From: a virus
Lineage: Duplodnaviria > Caudoviricetes
DNA length: 25,537 nt
Reading direction: 5' to 3' (one strand)
IMG/VR virus record: IMGVR_UViG_3300025528_000036
Span: 1 to 25,537 of that record
This document shows positions 9,345-16,814 of the stretch, in pieces; position 1 is the stretch's first letter; each line of letters starts with the position of its first letter. The translations under genes and the position numbers were made by a program. Below the pieces are notes generated by a model. It had not been told where the DNA came from. It searched no databases and saw only the letters and a list, made by a program, of their open reading frames with translations.

Positions 9345-11692
9345 TAAGTCATCCTCGTAGTCCTGACGGAGTACAGGGCCTCCCAGTCCAAGTTGAGGTG
9401 ACGCGACGGAAGGTGAGAATCGTTCACGATATCAATCGTCACCTGCATGTTGTTTGCTAGGATGGGGAAGGAGAACGATCCTGTCTCAACCTTCACCTGT
9501 CCAATGATGTTGTTCCCGGAACCGATGATGCGCCCGGTGAAGACGTATTTGTACGTGCCTCTGTTCCGAGGAGTTACCTCGATTCGGAAGTACCCGCTGT
9601 TGGCGTAGTTGATGAGGGCTCGTCGAAGCTGAAGGCGGCCCTCGGTGTTGGCGACACGTCCGCCACCGGGGGCGTCTTGTCGAATGAGGAACGGGGAGAA
9701 GCGGTATCTCATTTCGTAGGGAACGCCCGCATAGAAATAGGCGAGATTCCCTTCAACCTTGTAGACGCCGTTCTCAACCTGATAAGGCATGACCTTACCC
9801 GGAGGGAGTCCATCGTTACCCGGCCCGCTTACGATGACCAACGTGTTCGGGTTGGGGAGATGGTACGGCAGGGAGAAGGTGGTGTAAGTCCCGTCAAAGT
9901 GTAGTGACTCTACCGACTCCTGCGTCAACCTCCGGTCGAGGTGGACCACGAAGTCAAGGCCGGGGTCTCCCGTGCTTTCTTCGATATCCATCCTCTCAAG
10001 GTGGAGCCCGTCCCCCCTCTTGACGACTAGCCAAAGCGTGCTCTCGATGAACTCGCAGTTCAGAATTTCGGCTTCCGGGTCAAACTCCCAGTGCGACCAA
10101 CTTGCTTGGACCTTCTCTTGTCCAGAATAGTAGAACTTGTATACGTAGATGCGGTTCCGATGCTTGTCGGTTAGAGCTACCAGAACGTCCTCGTTAGTGG
10201 ACGCGGCGAGCTTGAAGACGTTACCTTCGATGTACCGGGGGACATGAGCGGTAATGTCGTTAGCGTAGTTAACTCGCGTCTGGCCGTCAGTGTAATACTC
10301 CCGAACGCCTGTGTATCCTCCCTTCCTCGTGCAGAAATAGACATAGGCACCGGCACCCACCGGCTTCACCATGTCGCTACTCTCATACTCCGTCACCTGA
10401 TCCAGCGAGACGGTTGCCGGGGTCAGAACCTCGTCTGATCCGAGCATAAACTGAGTCTGGTCGGAGAAGAGTAGCAGCGCCTCGTTGAAGGGAATCGCGT
10501 GTCTAAGAATCGACACCTTCACATGGGAGGTGGTTATGTCGATAGGGTCAGTGTCGAGGAGGTCAGTGGCGGTCGTCCTCCAGAAGTTGAAGAACTGAGA
10601 AGCACGGCTGAATATGACGCTCTCATCGGCAATTAGGCCGAGCCTGTTCCTGTAGAAGAATAGGTCGCTGATCTTCTTCCCAACGAATGACGGCTTCGGG
10701 GCCGTCACCTCGTCACCCGCTTCGCACTTATCCCAGTCTGCCTGCCGGAACGTGAACGTCCCGTCCGCTTCGCGGACCAACACGTGGGGCATGGTGGCGG
10801 CGTCGAAGGAGATCGCACGTCCCGGCTTCGCAATCTCGATCCACACGCCTTTGTTACCTGCGGTCCGAGAATCGTCATATTGCAGGTAGTAGTTGTCGCG
10901 GGAGTTGCCGGGGACGTTCTCGATGGACACTTGATAACCATGGACGGCCCGCTCCGGGAGGTTGGCGAAAGTCTGCGTATGCTTGGTGATACAGAGCATC
11001 GCCGTGTCGCCTAGACTGTCGGAGGTCCGAATGGAAAAGTCTCCACCGTCCACCCTCTTGATCCATAGGGTAGAACCGTAGACCGTGGCGGTGTAGACAG
11101 CTCCGCTATTGATAGCGTTGATCTGCTGGGCAAGCTGCTCAGCGATCCACGAGGTCTTAATCTCGTCCGCCTCTGTCAGACTGGTAGTTAGGGTAACTAC
11201 GTGACTGTCGAGGTAGATTGTGTAGGTGGTCTTGTAGTTTCCCTGACGGACATAGACCAACGCTTCCGGCGGGCGGCTGGGGGCCGTTTCGGCGCTCATA
11301 TACACCGTCACGTCCTTGTTAAGGAAAAAGGTGTGGTCCGCGACGGTCGTGGCCCCGAAGTTGACGTTAGGGGAGATTAGGTATCCCTTACCGTTCGGAA
11401 AGTGTACCGTCTTCTCGTTACCTCCAAAGTCGAACACCCGGAGGTCTCCGTTCACGGCGATGATGATGTACCTTTCCGTCACGTCTCTGTTGATGATATG
11501 CACCCACGCCTTGGGTGGAAGCGTGTTGAGAAGGCGCTTTACGTGTTTCGTTGGGGGACGCTTCATCAGCCCCTCAACCGTGGAGCTGTAGCCGTTAATC
11601 TGAAGCTCGGCCTGAGAAGCAAGACGGAGGGCGAAGGGCTGTTGGGAGATACCGTTGATGAGGTTTGGAACCGAGCCAGAAACGGTACTCAT
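9344..11692 (-). CDS. Tail tubular protein B (nozzle, gp12)
   Basis: 782 aa. PNLINGISQQP...GLMKRPPT, TMPHVLVR, FFYRNRLG, FFNFWRTT...D.DPID, QASWSHW, GRLQLRR. Confidence 0.95.
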   Translation of the reverse strand: MSTVSGSVPNLINGISQQPFALRLASQAELQINGYSSTVEGLMKRPPTKHVKRLLNTLPPKAWVHIINRDVTERYIIIAVNGDLRVFDFGGNEKTVHFPNGKGYLISPNVNFGATTVADHTFFLNKDVTVYMSAETAPSRPPEALVYVRQGNYKTTYTIYLDSHVVTLTTSLTEADEIKTSWIAEQLAQQINAINSGAVYTATVYGSTLWIKRVDGGDFSIRTSDSLGDTAMLCITKHTQTFANLPERAVHGYQVSIENVPGNSRDNYYLQYDDSRTAGNKGVWIEIAKPGRAISFDAATMPHVLVREADGTFTFRQADWDKCEAGDEVTAPKPSFVGKKISDLFFYRNRLGLIADESVIFSRASQFFNFWRTTATDLLDTDPIDITTSHVKVSILRHAIPFNEALLLFSDQTQFMLGSDEVLTPATVSLDQVTEYESSDMVKPVGAGAYVYFCTRKGGYTGVREYYTDGQTRVNYANDITAHVPRYIEGNVFKLAASTNEDVLVALTDKHRNRIYVYKFYYSGQEKVQASWSHWEFDPEAEILNCEFIESTLWLVVKRGDGLHLERMDIEESTGDPGLDFVVHLDRRLTQESVESLHFDGTYTTFSLPYHLPNPNTLVIVSGPGNDGLPPGKVMPYQVENGVYKVEGNLAYFYAGVPYEMRYRFSPFLIRQDAPGGGRVANTEGRLQLRRALINYANSGYFRIEVTPRNRGTYKYVFTGRIIGSGNNIIGQVKVETGSFSFPILANNMQVTIDIVNDSHLPSRHLNLDWEALYSVRTTRMT
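9898..9914. promoter_or_regulatory. 17-bp palindromic site 4 (AGTGTAGTGACTCTACC)
   Basis: 1 mismatch to consensus. Inside gp12. Confidence 0.7.
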
Positions 11693-12276
11693 CAGGGCCT
11701 CCTGTATAGGACACGGGCAACGGCCCAGTTGCCGTTGAGCATGTTGTAGTCCCCCGTCTCCGTCTCCATCATACGGAGCTGGGCCAAGGCTCTGGATTCG
11801 TCTGCCGCATTGAAGCCGGACAGCTTTTCCGAGCCCAACACCCGGTCCTGAAAGATGCGGGCGGCACGAATCATGATGTAAGACCGGGCCGCCTGCGGGA
11901 TTTCCTCAAAGGGAAGTAGGCGGGTTATCTCAACGGTGACAGGCCCGTCGAACTTGTAGGTATTGCGGGTTTTGTCGTAGAGCCGGTTGCCCCGCGAGAT
12001 AACGTCGATCTGCGGGTCCATGGCGTCCACGGACAACGTGTTGGCCGGGAGGTAGATATCTCCGGGAAGCGGATAGGTCGGGGTAAGAACCACTCCCACG
12101 TCGCGGTTCCAGTGCCAGCCCTCCACCTGAACTTGACGCATTGTCTCGTCCAGAATCTGCTTGGCGATAACCGCGTCCACCACTCCGGTATTCTCGATGG
12201 TGTTCACCGGGGCTTCCCCGATGACGGAGAGCATGGTGTTCACCGCGTCCAATTCGGTGGTAAGCGCGAGGGACAT
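11692..12276 (-). CDS. Tail tubular protein A (adaptor, gp11)
   Basis: TELDAVNTMLSVIGEAPV...QVEGWHWN...RGNRLYD...YIMIRAARIF. AGGAG RBS. Confidence 0.95.
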   Translation of the reverse strand: MSLALTTELDAVNTMLSVIGEAPVNTIENTGVVDAVIAKQILDETMRQVQVEGWHWNRDVGVVLTPTYPLPGDIYLPANTLSVDAMDPQIDVISRGNRLYDKTRNTYKFDGPVTVEITRLLPFEEIPQAARSYIMIRAARIFQDRVLGSEKLSGFNAADESRALAQLRMMETETGDYNMLNGNWAVARVLYRRP

Positions 12277-12287
12277 TTGCTCCTGAA

Positions 12288-12304
12288 AGTGTAGTGACTA
12301 TACC
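12288..12304. promoter_or_regulatory. 17-bp palindromic site 5 (AGTGTAGTGACTATACC)
   Basis: Exact consensus. Intergenic, between the capsid terminator and the gp11 RBS. Confidence 0.8.
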
Positions 12305-12310
12305 GGAACC

Positions 12311-12342
12311 AAAAAAAGGGAGACTCCCGTAGGAGCCTCCCT
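12311..12342 (-). terminator. Rho-independent terminator after the major capsid gene (T-phi position)
   Basis: Minus strand AGGGAGGCTCC-TACG-GGAGTCTCCCT-TTTTTT: 11-bp stem, C(UACG)G tetraloop, U tract. Confidence 0.92.
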
Positions 12343-12358
12343 GTTGGCGGTGTTGGAA

Positions 12359-13360
12359 TTACGGAGTAGCCGTGGCCTTGGACAGCTCAACGGCGCACTC
12401 GGGACGAAGGATACCATGGCCCATGGCGTACTTCGCGACGATGAGGGTACCCTGACGGTTGATCTGGTATTCACCCTCTACCGTGAGGTCCATGAGCTTC
12501 ACGGTACCAACCGCGCTCCGGTTCATGACGATACCCACGGTATCCGAGAAGTCACCGGCGTACTTGTTGAGCGGGCGCGGGCCGATGTTCGGAGTGACGC
12601 CCGAGGGTACGTTGGCCGTGCCGGACGGAGCCGTGATATTGGTGCTCGGGACGTGGTTGGACTTGACGATCTCAATACCAGCGACCTGGTAAACCTTACC
12701 CTGAGCGATATCGCCGTTTCCGCTCGTGAAGTCCCGGTTGATGGTCTTGTTGTCGAGGACAAGCTTGTAATACTGGGCCGGACGGAAGATGGCGAAGCGG
12801 TCAAACTCCGGAACGTTCTTCTCGTCCAGAATCTGAGCGGCCTGATACAGCGCCTCGACGAGAGCCCCGTTAGTGTTAGCCGGGAGGTCCGTGCCACCCT
12901 TCACGATGGAGCCACCATAGCCCCCCGTGATCGTGGCCGAGTCGCGGGCCGCAAGAACAGCCGTCTGAAGGATGTTCTTGTCAGCCGTGGTGGCCAGAGC
13001 CGCACCGCACTGCCGGGTGTACTCACCACGAACATCGTAGTGGTTCTTCGCCTCATCAATCTGAGGGATGAAGACCGGGGCGACCAGAAGGTCGTCGATG
13101 GTCAGGACACGCTCGCCATGCAGAATGGCCTGCCCTTCAAGCTCGTTGCCCGGAACGTGGTAGTAAGCCGAAGCCGTACCGATGGCCGGGAACTGGGCCG
13201 ACTTACCGCTAGAAATGGTCCGCACATAGTGGCGGTCCATCATAACGTTCAGCTCCTCGAACGCGGTCAGAACCTCGCCCGAGAACTGCTTCAGAAAAAG
13301 TTCGTCATCCGCGCCCGTGCCGTTCTTCAGGCCAAGGCGGGAAGGAGTAATGTTGCTCAT
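12359..13360 (-). CDS. Major capsid protein (gp10)
   Basis: LFLKQFSGEVLTAF...RTISSGKSAQFP...IDDLL...HYDVRGEY...KYAMGHGILRPECAVE. Confidence 0.97.
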   Translation of the reverse strand: MSNITPSRLGLKNGTGADDELFLKQFSGEVLTAFEELNVMMDRHYVRTISSGKSAQFPAIGTASAYYHVPGNELEGQAILHGERVLTIDDLLVAPVFIPQIDEAKNHYDVRGEYTRQCGAALATTADKNILQTAVLAARDSATITGGYGGSIVKGGTDLPANTNGALVEALYQAAQILDEKNVPEFDRFAIFRPAQYYKLVLDNKTINRDFTSGNGDIAQGKVYQVAGIEIVKSNHVPSTNITAPSGTANVPSGVTPNIGPRPLNKYAGDFSDTVGIVMNRSAVGTVKLMDLTVEGEYQINRQGTLIVAKYAMGHGILRPECAVELSKATATP

Positions 13361-13558
13361 TTTGTCCTTGAAGAGAGTTGTTGTAGGAAGTTGTTGGTCC
13401 TTCCCTTGAACAACTCACACTCCACGCAAGGTTATCTCCCTCGGGAGGCCAAGGTTTTCGTGTGATGTTCTAGGTGGCACCTATCATCCCGCTAACAAGC
13501 GGTAACGACTTCACTCCCTTCAGGGAGAAAGACCGGGGGCGTACCCCCAGTCTCTTTG
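13361..13558 (-). promoter_or_regulatory. Structured ~200-nt capsid leader with multiple hairpins
   Basis: Six inverted repeats: 13530-13553, 13514-13527, 13489-13502, 13471-13483, 13436-13447 and 13375-13416. Confidence 0.6.
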
Positions 13559-13741
13559 TTAGGACTTGGCCCGCTTCGTGAAGAGGCCAGCGATAATCTC
13601 AATCACGCGGTAATACTTGGCAAGCAACTCGTCGTCCTTCGGCGTTGGCGTGAGGTTAACCACGGCAAGCGCGAAGGCATGAAAACCGTAGAGGAGAGCC
13701 AGCCACTCCTCGATGCTGATGGAAGATAGAAAGGAAAGCAT
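13559..13741 (-). CDS. Small membrane protein (60 aa), possibly holin-like
   Basis: ATG at 13741 with GAGGA RBS. MLSFLSSISIEEWLALLYGFHAFALAVVNLTPTPKDDELLAKYYRVIEIIAGLFTKRAKS: hydrophobic segment, TPTPKDD, basic tail. Confidence 0.7.
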   Translation of the reverse strand: MLSFLSSISIEEWLALLYGFHAFALAVVNLTPTPKDDELLAKYYRVIEIIAGLFTKRAKS

Positions 13742-13748
13742 GTTGTCC

Positions 13749-14504
13749 TCAGAACTTCGAGGCCGCCAGTCGTGCCTCCACGTCAGCCCGGTAAGCCGGG
13801 TCTTTCCGGTAGCGCGGGTCTCGCATGTCACGGACTACCTCCGCCATGGATCGGTAGCCCCCCGTGCCGCTGCCCGCCTGTCCACGGACTAGGTTGGGCT
13901 CCTGACCGACTGCGGCTTGGTAACGGTGGACAAGGCCCTGAACGATGAAGCCCAAACTCTCAGGAGGGGCCTGTTCAAGCGCCCGGTTGTACGCCTCGAT
14001 CTCATGAGGCGATAGGTTTGTACCGGCCCACTTCAGGGCCTTGGTGACAACCTCCTTGCCCCCGGCCTTTTCCATCGCAGCGTTGACAGCCTGCTCCTGA
14101 AGAGCGAGCTGACCGGCGATGTAGCTATCGACGAACGCCCTATCGAAACCGGCCTTAGCCAGTTTCTCATAGGACGCTTCTGACAGCTTACCGTTCTGGG
14201 CAAATTCCTGATCCAGCCCAGCAAAGTCGATGCCCGCCGCCTGCACACGGTTCTGTACCTCCTGCTGAGACGGCTGCGGGGCCTGCTGTGGCTGGGAATT
14301 GACCTGAGAGAAACGCTTCTCCAGCTCTGAATAGGAACGGGCTAGGGCCTCGTAATCGGGCTTACCGTCCTTCACGAACTTGTCAGGAAAGCCCTCCGGA
14401 ATCTGGGAGACGTTGTTGGCCGGGGACGGAGTATTATTATTCTGGTCGGACGCCGGAGCCTCGGCAGGAGACTCCGACGCCGGAACCTGATAGGTCGCGG
14501 TCAT
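13749..14504 (-). CDS. Capsid scaffolding protein (gp9)
   Basis: LARSYSELEKR...GKLSEASYEKL...C-terminal MRDPRYRKDPAYRADVEARLAASKF. Lies between portal and capsid. Confidence 0.92.
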   Translation of the reverse strand: MTATYQVPASESPAEAPASDQNNNTPSPANNVSQIPEGFPDKFVKDGKPDYEALARSYSELEKRFSQVNSQPQQAPQPSQQEVQNRVQAAGIDFAGLDQEFAQNGKLSEASYEKLAKAGFDRAFVDSYIAGQLALQEQAVNAAMEKAGGKEVVTKALKWAGTNLSPHEIEAYNRALEQAPPESLGFIVQGLVHRYQAAVGQEPNLVRGQAGSGTGGYRSMAEVVRDMRDPRYRKDPAYRADVEARLAASKF

Positions 14505-14507
14505 GGG

Positions 14508-14672
14508 TTAATTGTCAATACGGACGAGACCGCCGCCGAGGTCGATAACTCTACGCGGCTTAGTGGCTTCGATTGGAGCGGTGGGAACTTTGGGGGCGGT
14601 GGCCTCCGGTGTAGTGACTACACCCTCCGCTGCCTTGGCGTCTTCCTGCTTGGACTTCTTACGGGGTGCCAT
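14508..14672 (-). CDS. Small hypothetical protein (54 aa) between portal and scaffold
   Basis: MAPRKKSKQEDAKAAEGVVTTPEATAPKVPTAPIEATKPRRVIDLGGGLVRIDN fills the gap exactly. Absent from the supplied ORF track, whose shortest entries are 60 aa. Confidence 0.75.
   Translation of the reverse strand: MAPRKKSKQEDAKAAEGVVTTPEATAPKVPTAPIEATKPRRVIDLGGGLVRIDN
14608..14624. promoter_or_regulatory. 17-bp palindromic site 6, perfect (GGTGTAGT-G-ACTACACC)
   Basis: Perfect 8-1-8 inverted repeat, about 105 nt upstream of the scaffold start. Confidence 0.8.
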
Positions 14673-14675
14673 AGG

Positions 14676-16208
14676 TTACTGTGGTTGCTCCTGCTGTTGG
14701 GCCTGACCTGCTGCCTTGATGACTTCAGGCGCAATCTGTTGGATAAGAGCCGCCTGCTGGGTGGCTAACTGTTCCGCCTGAATCTGCTCTGGAGTCTTGA
14801 GAATGTCCGCCGTATCCAGAGATACCGCCGTCCCGATGCGGGAGATGACCTTGAGCGGGTCGCCGTACTGGGCAAGCGAGCCGGGGCCTAGAAGCTGATC
14901 TGCGGTCTGGGCCAAGAGAATGATACGGTTGAGGTCGTGGCCGCGACCGAGGGCTTCCATACCTGTGATGATCGACGGGCGGACAAGATGCGGCGGGAGA
15001 GGCGGAAGTCTATCCTGCTGCTCCATGACAAGCAGGAGCCGCCGGACCAGAGGGAGTTGGAACTCCTGAGCGAGGATTGAATAGACACCGCCAAGGGCGT
15101 CTTCCAGCTCTTTCGCCATGAGGCGGATTTCTTCAGCCGTAACGCGCTCTGCGTCTCGCTGAATCGAGGAAGTCAAAAGGAATGCCTGAGCCAGACGCTG
15201 CTCGATGCGAGCGATAGTCTCCAGAGCCACACGGTAATCGTTGTACTTACCGACCTGAAGAACGCCGATGTCATCGACAACGCCGGACTTGAAGGCCCCG
15301 TTCGGAGCTGACGCCAACGCATGGGCCTGGGTAACGCCATTGGGGTTCACGAGGAACACCACCTTGGCGCTCATGGCCGTGCCTTCTACGATGGCCGCAG
15401 TAAGGGCTTCGAGGGACCGAAGGTCTCCGATGTACTCCTCTACATGTCCTCGGCCATAATCCTCTCCGTCAATCTTAGCCCAGCGTAGGGCGAAAAACGG
15501 GGGACGGTCCACGGGCCACCGCCCAGAGGTGCCGGGGACTTTCTCGCCCTTAACCTCCTGATGTACCTCATAGTACGCGCCTCGGCGCTGCACCCATGTG
15601 TAAATGTCCACCTCCGTATCCGTGTCATCGGTTCGGAGACCAACCTTCTTGACAAACGCGGGCGGAAGGTCTGAAGGGTTGACCTGCTCCTTGACGATGA
15701 CTTCGGAAACAGCCCCCATTGGGTCACGCTTGACCACGTAGCGGTCGAGGCGGAAGAGCTTCAGGCCGCCCTCGGGCATCAAGTAGAGGAGAACGTTCCC
15801 GGTGACGAGGAGATGCTTGAAGCCTTCAAAAGCCGTGACTCGGATGGCGGTAGTCTCTATCTCAGTCTGAACCGCTCGCTCGATCTGGCCGAAGGTCTTC
15901 TCAATCTCCGTTCTCATCCCTTCCTGCCCGGTTAGCTGCTGGATTGCAAAGTCATCCAGCATGAGGCGGAAGAAGGGCTGGTTAGGGGGCATAAGCGCGT
16001 ATATCATCTTGGAGGCGAGATTGTTCACGCCTCGGGCACCCATGCCCTGATATGGTGTGGGGAGGTCGGCGTCTCCCGTGGTCCCCTCGTCAGGGAGAAT
16101 CGAGGGAATGGTGAGCTTGGCGCAGCTCCTCGCCCTCGCTAGGAAGGGCGAGCGAGCCGACGCCAGTTTCTCGTAACGGGATGCAGCCGAAAGGTCTGAC
16201 CGGCTCAT
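14676..16208 (-). CDS. Portal / head-tail connector (gp8)
   Basis: PYQGMGARGVNNLASK...PFFRL...GEDYGRGHVEEYIGDL...RDAERVTAEEIR...LGGVYS...TGMEALGRG. Confidence 0.97.
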   Translation of the reverse strand: MSRSDLSAASRYEKLASARSPFLARARSCAKLTIPSILPDEGTTGDADLPTPYQGMGARGVNNLASKMIYALMPPNQPFFRLMLDDFAIQQLTGQEGMRTEIEKTFGQIERAVQTEIETTAIRVTAFEGFKHLLVTGNVLLYLMPEGGLKLFRLDRYVVKRDPMGAVSEVIVKEQVNPSDLPPAFVKKVGLRTDDTDTEVDIYTWVQRRGAYYEVHQEVKGEKVPGTSGRWPVDRPPFFALRWAKIDGEDYGRGHVEEYIGDLRSLEALTAAIVEGTAMSAKVVFLVNPNGVTQAHALASAPNGAFKSGVVDDIGVLQVGKYNDYRVALETIARIEQRLAQAFLLTSSIQRDAERVTAEEIRLMAKELEDALGGVYSILAQEFQLPLVRRLLLVMEQQDRLPPLPPHLVRPSIITGMEALGRGHDLNRIILLAQTADQLLGPGSLAQYGDPLKVISRIGTAVSLDTADILKTPEQIQAEQLATQQAALIQQIAPEVIKAAGQAQQQEQPQ

Positions 16209-16591
16209 TATCCTCGCGGAACGTTGAGACCAGTGCTGCCCGCAACCTGCGGGGCATTGAGGTCGATACGCAGGTAAGCGCGGCCTCGCTTCCGGGACTT
16301 GATCTCGTCACCGGAAAGCTCGGTCATTCCTCCGGTCAGTACCGTACCGGAGCCATCGGCAGGAAGAGGCGTGGGCCTCTGAGCAAGCTTCAGCATTTCC
16401 TCTTCACGCTTGGCAATTTCCTCGGCCTGCTTACGCTGGAACTCTAACTGCTCCTGCTGAAGCCGAAGGTTCTCTTCGTGAATTTTCTGCTGCTGCTGGA
16501 GAAGAAGCTCGTTCTGTCGCCGCTGCTCTGCTGCCTGTGCCTGAGCCGCCATGATGGCGAGACGGGTTGCCTTGTTAGAGGTTTTGCACAT
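16208..16591 (-). CDS. Small virion protein, gp6.7/gp7.3-like
   Basis: MC- start, Gln-rich coiled coil, C-terminal KRGRAYLRIDL...GLNVP. Directly upstream of the portal. Confidence 0.7.
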   Translation of the reverse strand: MCKTSNKATRLAIMAAQAQAAEQRRQNELLLQQQQKIHEENLRLQQEQLEFQRKQAEEIAKREEEMLKLAQRPTPLPADGSGTVLTGGMTELSGDEIKSRKRGRAYLRIDLNAPQVAGSTGLNVPRG

Positions 16592-16787
16592 TGGAGGTCC
16601 GTGTCAAGATGTTGTCCTCCTGTTCCTTGAATCGGGACAAGAGGAAGCGGACGACTTCACGTTGTCCGGTGCGCCTCCACACTTCCCGGTCGCTCCAGCC
16701 AATCTCAGGGCATCTCTCGGGGTAGAGCTGGTCTAGGTATTCGACAAGCTCTTTAGGAATAGGAGGGACAGGTAATTCTTTGTTCAT
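16575..16787 (-). CDS. Conserved small phage protein, gp6.5 position
   Basis: 70 aa, PPIPKELVEYLDQLYP...GQREVVRFL. GGGGA RBS. Weak resemblance to T7 gp6.5. Confidence 0.65.
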   Translation of the reverse strand: MNKELPVPPIPKELVEYLDQLYPERCPEIGWSDREVWRRTGQREVVRFLLSRFKEQEDNILTRTSNVQNL

Positions 16788-16814
16788 TCCCCGAATGAGC
16801 TAAGGGAGGGCGTT

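Noticed and set aside
11184-11200. GTAGTTA-GGG-TAACTAC inverted repeat sharing GTAGT/ACTAC
   Set aside because: Different spacing, single copy, inside gp12. Probably chance.
12343-12400. gp10B-type frameshift extension of the capsid
   Set aside because: No obvious slippery site, and the terminator begins 16 nt after the stop, leaving no room for an extension.
12344-13465. 373-aa plus-strand ORF
   Set aside because: Antisense shadow of the capsid gene, with no recognisable motifs. Such shadows are common in GC-rich coding DNA.
13742-13831. N-terminal 30 aa of the 90-aa ORF
   Set aside because: Mostly overlaps the scaffold gene. The ATG at 13741 has the RBS.
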